Below, in pieces: positions 48,106 through 59,072 of a DNA stretch of 64,000 nt. Each line of letters begins with the position of its first letter. Position 1 is the stretch's first letter. The notes below the pieces were generated by a model. That model searched no databases and was not told where the DNA came from. It saw nothing but the letters and a program-made list of their open reading frames with translations. Position numbers and translations under genes: made by a program. Source of the DNA: an uncultured bacterium (GTDB lineage: Bacteria; Oederibacteriota; PGYV01; CAWJRG01). Where the stretch lies: assembly GCA_963845185.1 (NCBI GenBank), contig CAWJRG010000009.1:640001-704000 (forward strand). The letters are read 5' to 3'.

Positions 48106-49626
48106 ATGGCTGATATTCACCCTGAGAAAAAAATAATAGAGGCGGATTTCCTGCGTTCATGGCGGCCGTATCTCTGGATAGCGCTGGCGGGTTTTTTGCT
48201 CTATGCGCAAACCCTGGGTTTCGGCCTGACCTATTTTGACGACGATATTTTTGTGCTGAAAAACCAGGCTTTTAACAGCGATATAGCCAATATATTTGAG
48301 GCATTCAAAACAAGCGCTTTTGTCAACCATCCAAACGAATATTACAGGCCGCTGCTTAATGTTTCCTTCATTTTAAACGGCGTGCTTGGGGCGTCCGGCC
48401 CAATAGGCTGCCACTTTTTTAACATACTCTTCCTTATACTTGCCGCATGCCTGTTTTTCCGGCTGCTGCTGGCCCTGGGATATTCCAGGGGCCTGTCGTT
48501 TTTCTGCGGCCTGGTTTTTGCCGTGCATCCGGCCGTGGCCCAGGCAGTGGCATGGATACCGGGAAGAAACGACTCATTGCTGGCAATATTCGTGTTCGGC
48601 TCAATGATAAAGTTCATACGCTTCCGGGCCTCGCAGAAATGGCAGGACGCGTTCTGGCATCTTTTGTTATTCGCAGCCGCTTTATTCACCAAGGAATCAG
48701 GCGCGGTTTTGATGCTTGTGTGCGCTGCATATGCGCTGCTCTCTAAAGGGAAAAAATCGTGGCGAAAGCCGGCTGCCATCGGGCTGGGCTGGTTTTTTAT
48801 ACTTGTGTTATGGCTCGCGCTCAGATCGCAGGCCATTGGAAAAGACTACAGGGTAACAATAAGCGGCATGGCATCGAGCATTTACGCCAATATGGGAGCC
48901 CTGGTCCAGTATTTGGGGAAAATGCTGTTCCCGGTCAACCTCTCTGTTTTTCCAATAAGGGAAGATACGACATATATCTTTGGGGCGCTGGCTTTGCTCC
49001 TGACAGGAGGATTAATCCTGTTTTCCAAAAACAAAAGGTCGGGCCCCATGGTTTTCGGCGCGGTTTTTTCCGCTGCTTTCCTGGTGCCGGGGCTCATAGT
49101 CTCAAAGCTGTCCATGGCTTCGCCGCTCATGGAGCAGAGGCTGCTTCTGCCGCTGGCTGGAATTATGATTGTTTTTCTGGAAACGGACATTGCCGGGCGC
49201 TTTGACCTGAACAGGCAGTCAGGGCGTTTCTGGCCGGTAATATTGATAGCAATATTTTCAGTGCTTGCTTTTATTCATACAGGAAATTTTAAGGACAACA
49301 TCAGCTTCTGGCAGGATGCGGTGCGCACATCGCCCCATTCTCCTCTTGCACACGGGATGATGGGCGAAATATACCGCAATAAGGGGCTGCTTCCTGAAGC
49401 TGAAGCGGAATACAGAAAGAGCCTGGAGCTAAACCCGGACAACAACATCATGCCTCTTGTTGACCTTGGGATCCTGTGCATGCAGGAAAACCGGCTTGAG
49501 GAATCGGAAAAGTTTTTTGACAAAGCCCTGACAATGAATTTTAAAAACGGGCAGGTAAGGGAATTCGTCCAGAAAAACCTGGACGAGGTCAGAGCCAGGA
49601 TAAGCAGTAACAGCGGGAAAAAGTGA
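48106..49626 (+). CDS. TMTC-like GT-C membrane glycosyltransferase with C-terminal TPRs
   Basis: FDD motif, YYRPL, FAVHP...AVAWI.GR, KE, W...V...P, TPRs; many TM segments. Confidence 0.8.
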   Translation: MADIHPEKKIIEADFLRSWRPYLWIALAGFLLYAQTLGFGLTYFDDDIFVLKNQAFNSDIANIFEAFKTSAFVNHPNEYYRPLLNVSFILNGVLGASGPIGCHFFNILFLILAACLFFRLLLALGYSRGLSFFCGLVFAVHPAVAQAVAWIPGRNDSLLAIFVFGSMIKFIRFRASQKWQDAFWHLLLFAAALFTKESGAVLMLVCAAYALLSKGKKSWRKPAAIGLGWFFILVLWLALRSQAIGKDYRVTISGMASSIYANMGALVQYLGKMLFPVNLSVFPIREDTTYIFGALALLLTGGLILFSKNKRSGPMVFGAVFSAAFLVPGLIVSKLSMASPLMEQRLLLPLAGIMIVFLETDIAGRFDLNRQSGRFWPVILIAIFSVLAFIHTGNFKDNISFWQDAVRTSPHSPLAHGMMGEIYRNKGLLPEAEAEYRKSLELNPDNNIMPLVDLGILCMQENRLEESEKFFDKALTMNFKNGQVREFVQKNLDEVRARISSNSGKK

Positions 49627-49990
49627 CCTGATTGCCGATAAATAAAAAGCTAGGCAAAACAATTGATAAGGGGAATAATAACAAACTTAAAGAGCAATAA
49701 AAACAGTATGAAAGCAAACTATTCACTAACGTTTAAGTTTATGGCCATGCACCGGAATTCAACAAGCCGTTCATCCGCTTTTATTCACCGTGTTTGCCCA
49801 CCCGATAAAAGTCAATTATAAGGGGATGCAAAGGATTCCCAAACCAACAAATAAAAATTATCATAAATCAATGATATATGGCAATAGACCGCAGTGCAGC
49901 AGGTAAACTAAAAAAATATGACGGCTTGATATTGAAAATGGCCGGCTTGTCCTTGTAAAAGATAAATAGACTGATTAAAAGGAGGCTGAA

Positions 49991-50227
49991 ATGCAAAAGA
50001 GCAGGGCAATTTTAGGAGCAGGAGTATTAGGAGCACTTGCAGGCGCGGTGATAGCCGAGTTTTTCCCCAGGATGTTCCAGTCGGGAATTGCAGGCGCTGT
50101 TGGGAACGCTTTAAACGACACGTTCTCGCAGTACAGGAATGATCTCGCGTTAAAATACGGATTAACAGGGCTGGTTATCGGGCTTGTAGTGGGCATAGTA
50201 ATAGTTGCGGTGTCAGGCAAAAAGTAA
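49991..50227 (+). CDS. Small 2-TM membrane protein
   Basis: RBS AAGGAGG; two Gly-rich hydrophobic segments. Confidence 0.65.
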   Translation: MQKSRAILGAGVLGALAGAVIAEFFPRMFQSGIAGAVGNALNDTFSQYRNDLALKYGLTGLVIGLVVGIVIVAVSGKK

Positions 50228-50269
50228 AAAGCAGGAACAGGAAACATAAAAATACCAAAGGAGGAAGTT

Positions 50270-50715
50270 ATGAACAAGAAGATTATGAAATTTTTTCAGG
50301 GTTTGCTTTTCGTTGTTTTGATTGCACAGCTTGCGGGCTGCGGGACATTACTGCATCCAAAACGCATAGGCCAGAAAGGCGGCGATCTTGATGCCACAGT
50401 AGTCATTTTAGACGGAGTGTGCCTGTTGTTTTTTGTAGTCCCGGGCATTGTTGCTTTTGCCGTTGATATTGTAAACGGCACGATTTACCTGCCGGGCGGG
50501 CGCAGGTCTTCGCTGGACAATAACGGCTATAAGCAGGTAAAATTTGACCCGAGCAGCACCACCCCGGGGATATAGAAAGAATAATCAAACAGGAAACAGG
50601 GTGCAGCATAAAACTAAACCAGCAGGGAATCAAGGTTTATTCGCTCAAATCCGCAAATGAAATGAAAATGTTCTTTGCGATGCAGGATACAGGCGCGATT
50701 TTAAGCATGAAATAG
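50270..50715 (+). CDS. Hypothetical lipoprotein with probable frameshift near 50570
   Basis: LAGC lipobox, GTLLHP.R.GQ, PGIVAFAVD..NGTIYLP; continues in a shifted frame as DIERIIKQETG to TAG 50715. Confidence 0.6.
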
Positions 50716-50741
50716 AAGGAATACCACATTGGGAGGCAGAA

Positions 50742-50900
50742 ATGACAAATTTATTGTTGGTTGCAGGCCTGGTTCTTTTTTTGCTATGGCTGTTAGGCTT
50801 GATCACGGCCCATACTCTGGGCGGCGGCATACATGTTTTACTGGTTATTGCCGTTATTTCGGTTATTATCTGGTTACTTATTGGCCGTAAAAATAAATAG
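50742..50900 (+). CDS. lmo0937-family small membrane protein (52 aa, not in ORF track)
   Basis: 'LWLLGLI...LGGGIHVLLVIAVI'; RBS GGGAGG. Confidence 0.8.
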   Translation: MTNLLLVAGLVLFLLWLLGLITAHTLGGGIHVLLVIAVISVIIWLLIGRKNK

Positions 50901-51074
50901 CCTTAAAGATTCGATATATTAATACAGCACAGCTTCCGGGTAGTTTTCATAATATAATAACTTATGGAAACTACCCGTTATTATTTGGCTCTTTGCTAAA
51001 GCTCCGGACTTAAGCAGGCAGGTTTTATAAATTAGGAATTATCTGTTTTCAATTATTTATACATGCGGCAATTA

Positions 51075-51103
51075 TTGACAAGGCTGGAAATAAAGGGTAT
51101 AAT
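51075..51103 (+). promoter_or_regulatory. Consensus sigma70 promoter
   Basis: TTGACA-17 nt-TATAAT. Confidence 0.8.
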
Positions 51104-51166
51104 TAAAATATAAAATTTAGGATTTGGCATCAGGATCCCGGATAGAAATGTCAAACGGAGGCGGAA

Positions 51167-51862
51167 ATGAAAAAATTTTTAATCCTAATATCCTTTCTTG
51201 CATTAGCTTTTGTTTTTACATTTATGCAGGGCTGCTCGAAAACTTCGTCTTCCGGGCCCAGCTCAGGCTCGCATCCGTCTCCCACAACAACTCCTGGATT
51301 GCCGTTGACTGAAAATTTTGAAAGTTATTCCCTGGGCGCTTTTGCTTATGGCACCGGTGGTTGGGCAACTACGGGCGCGGGCGCGTCCATTGTAAATACA
51401 GTAGCGGCAAACGGCACATCGCAATCAATAAGCTTGTCAAATTCGACCGGCATAATAAAAGGTTTCAGCAATACGGGAAGTATTACATATTTTGAATTTT
51501 ATGTAAGGGCTACAGGCACAGGATATCCGGTATTGCAGGCGTATAACGGCACCACAGCTATAGACCCTATATTTAATTTTAGCGTTCTTGGAGACATAGG
51601 CGGGACGATTGAAATCGACGGCTATGACGGCACAAATACCGAGACATTGATTCACTATTCAACGGGAGTAACTTTTGCCGCCGATACATGGTATAAAATA
51701 AAAATAGAGGTAAATTCCGCAAGCGGCGCCCTGAATATCTGGGTCAATGACGCAAACCAAACAACCGGCTCGACATTGACAGCTGACAAACAGCCGGCCC
51801 AGGTCCAGTTTGCAGGTTTCGGCAGTACATGCTATTATGATGAAATAAACATACATAATTAA
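51167..51862 (+). CDS. Lipoprotein with a beta-sandwich-like domain
   Basis: MQGC lipobox-like; ENFESY, WYKIKI, YYDEI. Confidence 0.75.
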   Translation: MKKFLILISFLALAFVFTFMQGCSKTSSSGPSSGSHPSPTTTPGLPLTENFESYSLGAFAYGTGGWATTGAGASIVNTVAANGTSQSISLSNSTGIIKGFSNTGSITYFEFYVRATGTGYPVLQAYNGTTAIDPIFNFSVLGDIGGTIEIDGYDGTNTETLIHYSTGVTFAADTWYKIKIEVNSASGALNIWVNDANQTTGSTLTADKQPAQVQFAGFGSTCYYDEINIHN

Positions 51863-51891
51863 ATTTAATATTCACGGAATTGGAGGCAATA

Positions 51892-51945
51892 ATGAATAAG
51901 GCCCAAAGATTTATATTGCCGCAAAGGCAAAAAAGGAGGGAATAA
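51892..51945 (+). other. Candidate 17-aa leader ORF, copy 1 (MNKAQRFILPQRQKRRE)
   Basis: GGAGG upstream; TAA directly adjacent to ATG 51946. Confidence 0.5.
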
Positions 51946-53043
51946 ATGAAAAAAACATTGATTTTATTTTGCTTGCTTTTTCTTGCTGGTTGTTTCAGCA
52001 GTATTGGCTGCAGTTGCAGTAAAAAATCCTTGCCTACTTCTCCGGTGGCAACGCAAACCCCCAACCCAACGTCAAAATCCTGGGTTGCAACAAATATCGG
52101 GCTTACTTCCGGCAGCATTAATGACTTGCAGATTTTTGACCAGAATGACGGCTGGGCATGTGGAGGAGACGGCTCGGTGGGGGTTATTTACCGTTATAAC
52201 GGCTCAAGCTGGGTAAAGCTCACCACTCCAACGATTACCGGCACCTGGTCGCTAAACGCCATTGCTCCTGTCGACGCTGAGCACTGTTATATAGCAGGGA
52301 CCAGCTCAAATTCAGGCAGTTATTATCCTGTTATAATATACTGCAACGGCACAACATGTTCCATATCCACGAATCCTGCTGCGCCTGATTTGTCAGCATA
52401 CGCAGGCTCTCTTTCTATCCTTAACTCAGCGTATTTCAACGGCTCGCTTTATATAGGCGGGACAGTCAGCACCAGCCTTAAAGCTACAGGGACCATTTTA
52501 TATAAATACTCAAACAGCGCATGGTCGTCGGACATAGACCCATATACATGGGGTACTGCCGGCAACCCTGTCCACATGAAAGTCGCAGGCGACGGAAGTG
52601 CCGTATGGTATCTAGTTACCAATTGCGACCAGTTGCAATGCAGTGTCCCAGTATATATTACCGAAGGCTATAAAGATACAGGGTCGGGGTTTGCATCCGT
52701 CAATATAGAACCCGGCCTTGACCCGTACTACGGAGCGTGGTTTATGGATGCAAATAACGGATGGTGCATAGGACAGGACGGGAATTTTAACCAGGCAATT
52801 TTTCAAATATTAAATAATAATTCAACGGAAATAACTACAAGCGGTACAACTTTGCAGGCGATAATGCAGGACGTGGACGGCATGGTATGGGTCGCCACCA
52901 GCGATGGAATATATTACCATCCGCAGGGGACCAGCTCATGGCAGCTACATACAAGCGTAGCAACTTTGGGGCAATCCGTGATTAAATTCGGGAAATACGG
53001 CTGGGCAGCGACAAACGCAAGGGAACTTTTGCATTTACAATAA
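51946..53043 (+). CDS. Lipoprotein, probable beta-propeller
   Basis: Cys-containing signal; DGWACG, WFMDANNGW. Confidence 0.75.
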   Translation: MKKTLILFCLLFLAGCFSSIGCSCSKKSLPTSPVATQTPNPTSKSWVATNIGLTSGSINDLQIFDQNDGWACGGDGSVGVIYRYNGSSWVKLTTPTITGTWSLNAIAPVDAEHCYIAGTSSNSGSYYPVIIYCNGTTCSISTNPAAPDLSAYAGSLSILNSAYFNGSLYIGGTVSTSLKATGTILYKYSNSAWSSDIDPYTWGTAGNPVHMKVAGDGSAVWYLVTNCDQLQCSVPVYITEGYKDTGSGFASVNIEPGLDPYYGAWFMDANNGWCIGQDGNFNQAIFQILNNNSTEITTSGTTLQAIMQDVDGMVWVATSDGIYYHPQGTSSWQLHTSVATLGQSVIKFGKYGWAATNARELLHLQ

Positions 53044-53099
53044 GCCGGAAAGAACAGCAAGACTTTTAAAATTAAATAATACCGGAACCGGAGGCAGTG

Positions 53100-53153
53100 A
53101 TGGACAAGGACCGAAAATTCATATTGCCGCAAAGGCAAAAAAGGAGGGAATAA
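53100..53153 (+). other. Candidate 17-aa leader ORF, copy 2 (MDKDRKFILPQRQKRRE)
   Basis: GGAGG upstream; TAA directly adjacent to ATG 53154. Confidence 0.5.
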
Positions 53154-53627
53154 ATGAAAAAATTATTAATGCTGTTTTTGATTTTATTGATTGTGTTTTT
53201 TGCAGGCATTGGCTGCCATAAATCCAACCAGCCTGCCGCCAAAAGCGAAAACGAGCAGATGGGAATAACATTCAAGGGACAGGAAAGCCAGCTGAACGGA
53301 ACCTGGCTGGGGACTGCGGATAACGGGATTGCCATACAGTTTAATTTCCAGTCGGGCAAGGTAATTGAGGAATGGTATGACTGGGTTACGGGCGGAATGT
53401 ATGGTTCAGGAGGATGGATGAATGACATGAAAGGAAACGAAGGTTACATAGGGTATTACAGTTTTGACGGCACGAATTTTGCCCTGGCAGTCAATGACAG
53501 TGCGCCCGGCGCGCCTGTCACAACGGTCACAAGGACAATGACAGGCACCATCAGCGGTAGCACCATTTCCGGCACAACCGTATGGAACCAGACAAATACG
53601 TACAATTTTTCTATTACAAAACAATAA
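53154..53627 (+). CDS. Lipoprotein
   Basis: AGIGC lipobox-like; LNGTW.G. Confidence 0.75.
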   Translation: MKKLLMLFLILLIVFFAGIGCHKSNQPAAKSENEQMGITFKGQESQLNGTWLGTADNGIAIQFNFQSGKVIEEWYDWVTGGMYGSGGWMNDMKGNEGYIGYYSFDGTNFALAVNDSAPGAPVTTVTRTMTGTISGSTISGTTVWNQTNTYNFSITKQ

Positions 53628-53686
53628 TTTATCCTGATGGATTGGTAAGGCAAAAAATATAATTTCGAAGGAGACATACAGGGACA

Positions 53687-56627
53687 ATGAAAAAAAATGT
53701 TAACCGGAAAATTATATTAATAACGTTATTTTTTTTAACGTTATTAGCCGGATGGAACACTATAGCAGCTGCTTTAGCACCGCCTTGCTACTTGATGCAA
53801 TGGGGAACCAGCGGAACCGGAAATGGCCAATTTAAAGGAATTCCAGCCATAGCTGTCGACAGCAGCGGGAATGTTTATGCGGCGGATACGGGCAACAACA
53901 GGATTCAGGAATTTACATCGGATGGGGCTTATATAACACAATGGGGCACTTCCGGAGGCGGCAACGGGCAGTTTAATGATCCCGGATGTATTGCAATGAG
54001 CGGAACCGGCAACATTTATGTCGATGATTCAATGAACTTCAGGATGCAGGAATTCTCTGCACCGGGGGTTTATGTAACTCAGTGGGGAAGTAATGGTTCA
54101 GCCAATGGGCAGTTTGTCAATCCACAAGCTGAATTTGTCGACAGCAGCGGAAACGCGTATGCAGCGGATTCGGGCAACAACAGGATTCAGGAATTTACGT
54201 CAACAGGGGTTTATATAGCACAATGGGGCACTGCAGGAACAGGCAATGGCCAGTTTAATCTCCCTGTTGGCATAGTAATTGACAGCAGTGGGAATATATA
54301 TGTGTCAGAGCAGAATAACAACAGGATACAAAAATTTACATCAGCAGGGGTTTACATAACGCAATGGGGCGGTGCCGGAGCCGGTAACGGGCAGTTCAGT
54401 AATCCCGAACTGATAGCAATAGACAGCAATGGAAATATTTATGTAGCGGATTCTCTTAATAACAGGATACAGGAATTCGCGTCGGATGGGACCTATTTAA
54501 CTCAATGGGGAAGTTATGGTGCAGGCGATGGCCAGTTTAATAATCCTTACGGAGTGGCAGTGGACAACAGCGGAAACGTGTATGTGGCGGATACCAAAAA
54601 CAGCAGGATAGAAAAATTTGGAGTGTGTCCAAGTCCCACAATGACGCCGAGCATTACGCCGACAAATACGGCTATAAACACGCCCGGGCCGACTCCATGC
54701 TATATGACCCAATGGGGCGGTGCCGGAGCCGGTAACGGGCAGTTTAACCTGCCAGACGGCATTGCTGTGGACAACAGCGGAAATATTTATGTAACGGACA
54801 GCAGTAATGTCAGGATTCAGAAATTTACAAGTACAGGGGCATACATAACACAATGGGGCAGCGGTGGAACCGGCAACGGACAGTTTGGCGGGCCTCGCGG
54901 ATTAGCAGCTGACAGTAGCGGGAATGTTTATGTGGTAGATACGAATAACAACAGGATACAAAAATTTACAAACACGGGGACATATATAACGCAATGGGGA
55001 ACCAGCGGGAGCGGCAACGGACAGTTTAACGGCCCCTGGGGTATAGCCGCAGACAGTAGTGGAAATATTTATGTTACGGATAACGGGAACAGCAGGATTC
55101 AGAAATTTGACAGTTCAGGAACATATATAACACAATGGGGCAGCACCGGCAGCGGAAGCGGGCAGTTTAACCAGCCGGAAGGCATAACTGCCGACAACAG
55201 CGGTAATATTTATGTTGCTGATGCCGGCAATAACAGGATACAGGAATTTACAAATACAGGAACATATATAACACAATGGGGCAGCACCGGCAGCGGCATA
55301 GGGCAATTTAATTGGTCCAGGGGCATATCTGTTGATAACAATGGAAATGTATATGTGGCGGATGACAGCAATTCAAGGATTCAGGAATTTACATCTTACG
55401 GAAGCATCATAACCCTGTGGGGGAGTTTCGGGAACGCTATTGGTCAGTTTAACTCACCATAATGATGTTGCTGTGGATAACGGTGGGAATATATTTGTAG
55501 CCGATACATTTAACAACAGGATACAAAAATTCGGTGATTGCTTGAGCCATACACCGACTGTCACACAGACAAATACTCCTTCCGCGACAGGAACAATAAC
55601 ACATACTATAACCCTGACGGCGACACCCAGTACGACCCCGACAAGTACGGACTCAATTACAGCTACATATTCCTCCACAAGCACGGTTACGCCGACTTCT
55701 ACAATAACAAATACAAGCACGCCGTCACCGACGAGCACCCAGACACAGACATATACTGCTACAGCAACAATTACGCTGACTGTATCCCAGACAGATACGC
55801 CTACGATAACCCCGACATCCACAGATACAATGTCGTTTACAAGCACCCCGACAGCAACGCCAACTTTTACAGATACGGCGACTTACACCATAACGCAGAC
55901 ATTTACAAATTCCCCTACAATCACGCAAACAAGCACGGTTACGCCCACGCCTCTGCCGTCGCCAGTGGAACTTGTAATCACAAAAAAGGCATTGCAGGGG
56001 GAAGAGCCTGCAATAGGCGCGTCGATAACTTATGAAATCGACATACAAAATCCGGGATATGCCGGAGTGAACAACCTTGTTGTATGGGACACGCTTCCGG
56101 GCGAGGTGAGTTATCAGGAAAACGTTTCCGGAATTACCCCTGTTGTCTACGGCGGCAACGTGCTCGTATGGAACCTCGGAGGGCCGTTTAATCCGGGCAG
56201 CGTAATAACGCTGCAGTTTATTGTGCAGATAGTTTCACTCGATGAGGGCAATACGCCCATAAAGAATGTTGTTTCCGCTGATTATAACGACCCTATGTAT
56301 AATGGCATGTACGGCAGGCACCCTGTAATCACGTCAAATGTTTCTTTTTATCCGGCAGGCCTGCCTGTTGTCTATCCCAATCCTTTTAACCCGAGGACAG
56401 CGCGTAACGGGAAGATGAAATTCGATAACCTTATACCAAGCGCGCAGGTTGAAATATACACGGTGGTCGGGGAGGAAGTATGGAAATCAGGGCCCGCGCA
56501 GGGGATAAAGATATACTGGGACGGCAAGACCAACACGGGAAATGAGGTAAAAACAGGCGGGTATTATTACATAATCAAAAACGGGCAGTGGGTGTATAAA
56601 GGCAAGCTGCTGCTGATAAGGGAATAA
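53687..56627 (+). CDS. Large secreted protein: about 12 NHL repeats, Thr-rich linker, DUF11-like domain, YPNP C-terminal domain; frameshift near 55460
   Basis: NHL repeat 'GQFNSP|NDVAVD' is split across ORFs 53687-55462 and 55440-56627; ITYEI.I.N.G..VVWDTLP; VYPNPFNP..WDGK..GGYYY. Confidence 0.85.
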
Positions 56628-56629
56628 AT

Positions 56630-57880
56630 ATGAAAAAAATAATACTGGCATTGATTTTATTCCTGCCGGCGTATTTATCCGCTACCGAGGCAGGGACAAC
56701 AAATTTTTCAGAGCTGAAGATAGTGCCCGGGGCGAGGCAGGCTGCCATGTCCGAAGCCTTTACCGGGCTTGCCGACGACATAAACGCCATATACTGGAAC
56801 CCTGCGGGCATGGCTTTTTTAAGCGGGACACAACTGTGCTTTATGAGGGCAAACTGGCTCATGGACGGGAATTTCAGTTATGGGGCGGGGAGCTTTTCCT
56901 CCGACTTCGGGACAATAGGCATATACGCGAGTTATTTTGATTTAGGGGCGTTTGACATGACGACTGAAGATGCGCTTGGGAACTATAATATAACCGGCCA
57001 GAAAGTGACTGAGACGGACATGAATGTAATACTCGCGCACAGCGCCAAAATCAGCGAGGATTTTTCATTTGGGCTAAAATGGATAGTATTATTTGAGAAT
57101 GTATATAACGATTCAGGCAGCGGTTCGGCGTTTGGGATAAGCCTTTTTAAGAAGCCCGTAGGGGAGAATTATTCATGGGGGCTGGCTGTGGAGAACCTTG
57201 GCCTTGTAACAAACAGGGACGCGCTGCCTGTAGTGGCAAGGCTCGGAGGCAGCTGCAGGTTCCCACTGCTGAATATCAACAGGATGTTTTCATACGATAA
57301 TTACGTGGAGGCAACACCGACGGATTCCGTGATTTCAGCGGACGCGGTATGGTACCTTGCGGAACAGATTTTCAGGGCAAACCTCGGCATAGAAACGACA
57401 GCAAGGCTTGGGAAATATAAACTGAGTTTGAGGGCAGGGGGAAAATTCAGCAATGAGAGTGATTATGGATACGGGTTCGGGTTTTCAACAGGGCTTGGCG
57501 TAGCATACGACGCGGGAGGCACCGAGTTCTGCCTGGATTACGCGTATGTGCCCATAGGGGAGATAGGAGACACGCACAGGATGTCTGTGACAGGGAAATT
57601 CGGAGGGCAAAAGGAGCCATTAAAATATCCGGATAAGGCAAAAGAAGCGTGCAAAAGGGGCGAGGAGTTCATGGCAAAAAATGATATCCCGGCGGCGCTG
57701 GACGCTTTTTATGAGGCAAGGAAGTATGACGACGCATATTGCCAGGCATACGCAGGCATGGGAAAATGCTTTGAGGTATTGGGCAAAAAAGAACTGGCGC
57801 TCATGGCGTATAAAAAAGCGCATGAATGCGACCGGAACAACAAGGAAGTAAATGATATTCTCGAAAAAACGGTGAAATAA
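56630..57880 (+). CDS. PorV/PorQ-like outer-membrane barrel with C-terminal TPR
   Basis: GARQAAM.EAF.GLADD.NAIYWNPAGMA; DYAY.P.GE.G.THR.S. Confidence 0.85.
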   Translation: MKKIILALILFLPAYLSATEAGTTNFSELKIVPGARQAAMSEAFTGLADDINAIYWNPAGMAFLSGTQLCFMRANWLMDGNFSYGAGSFSSDFGTIGIYASYFDLGAFDMTTEDALGNYNITGQKVTETDMNVILAHSAKISEDFSFGLKWIVLFENVYNDSGSGSAFGISLFKKPVGENYSWGLAVENLGLVTNRDALPVVARLGGSCRFPLLNINRMFSYDNYVEATPTDSVISADAVWYLAEQIFRANLGIETTARLGKYKLSLRAGGKFSNESDYGYGFGFSTGLGVAYDAGGTEFCLDYAYVPIGEIGDTHRMSVTGKFGGQKEPLKYPDKAKEACKRGEEFMAKNDIPAALDAFYEARKYDDAYCQAYAGMGKCFEVLGKKELALMAYKKAHECDRNNKEVNDILEKTVK

Positions 57881-58022
57881 AGGAGACTGCAGATTTTTGA
57901 ATTAATGATATTAAAGCATGCAAATAAAGCGCCGAATATGGACGCTGCACATAGAGGGAAACGGCCGGCAAATGGCAGAGTGTGTTATAAAATATGCTTT
58001 ATTATTAAGGTGAGTTAATATT

Positions 58023-59003
58023 ATGGGAAAAAAATCAAACAGATTTGGCTTCAAGCTTTATATTATATTTTTCATTGTAATATTTTTTATATCGTCCTGT
58101 GCTTTAAATGAGTATGAAATAAAGAGAAATAAAACGGACGATGGAGAAGTTATTTCCCTGGTGAATAATAAGAATCATGGCATCTTTTGCGAACAATCAA
58201 ACATTGAAAAACAAGTTCACGCAAATAAAGCGTCATATTATCTAAAAATCCTATTATGCACGGATTTAGTCATTCGTAATTTACCGCAAATGCCTATAGT
58301 TCTGGAACTTGATGACGGAGAAAAGCTTAGCCTGGAATTTTATAAAGAGGATTTAAGCGAACCTGTAAATGTAAGCGGAAGCCGTCCATATCAATATTAT
58401 GATATGTCTTCACATAGTATTGTACACGACTATACTAATGAAGTGAATTATTCATATACTCTCCAAAATCAAACAATTTATTATAAAATATCAAAGGAAG
58501 AAATCAAGCGCATTAGCGAGGCCAAACAGATCAAGTTTTATATTCAATTGCCGGATTTTTTATACAGCAGGACGGATACTATTGATGAAGGAGCAATAAA
58601 AAATTTCAAACTATTTTATGATAATTTTGTTGCAGACAGCAAAGAAACTGAAAATAATAATAATAAGTCGCTGGCGGCAGTTGATAGTGCGTTTATCCCT
58701 TACAAAAATAATACTAAAGGAAACAAACAACTTAACGGAGAAAAGAAAGTCTATTATCCGGCAGGAGAATTGAAAGGCAAATTGAATTACAAAAATGGAG
58801 CACTTGAAGGGGAATGCATATTGTATTATTCCAATGGGAATAAACAAAACGAGGGTGTTTTCAGCAATAATTTACTTGAGGGCACGGCAAAATTATATTC
58901 TGAAAACGGCAAATTGTTAATATCGGAGGAATATAAAGAAAGGCTGTTGATAGTTGGAAAAATACATGATGAAAACGGAGAAGTAATTGCAACATATCCA
59001 TAA
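58023..59003 (+). CDS. Lipoprotein with C-terminal MORN2/YwqK-like repeats
   Basis: ISSC lipobox; G..K.YY..G repeats; AT-rich. Confidence 0.7.
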   Translation: MGKKSNRFGFKLYIIFFIVIFFISSCALNEYEIKRNKTDDGEVISLVNNKNHGIFCEQSNIEKQVHANKASYYLKILLCTDLVIRNLPQMPIVLELDDGEKLSLEFYKEDLSEPVNVSGSRPYQYYDMSSHSIVHDYTNEVNYSYTLQNQTIYYKISKEEIKRISEAKQIKFYIQLPDFLYSRTDTIDEGAIKNFKLFYDNFVADSKETENNNNKSLAAVDSAFIPYKNNTKGNKQLNGEKKVYYPAGELKGKLNYKNGALEGECILYYSNGNKQNEGVFSNNLLEGTAKLYSENGKLLISEEYKERLLIVGKIHDENGEVIATYP

Positions 59004-59072
59004 ACTATAAAATAAATAAAAGAGTAAAAATCTTACTGGCATTTTTGCATGGCAAAATAATGGAGGCGAAAA

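Noticed and set aside
58023..59003. YwqK antitoxin call
   Set aside because: Only generic MORN2-like repeats on a lipoprotein, with no adjacent toxin.
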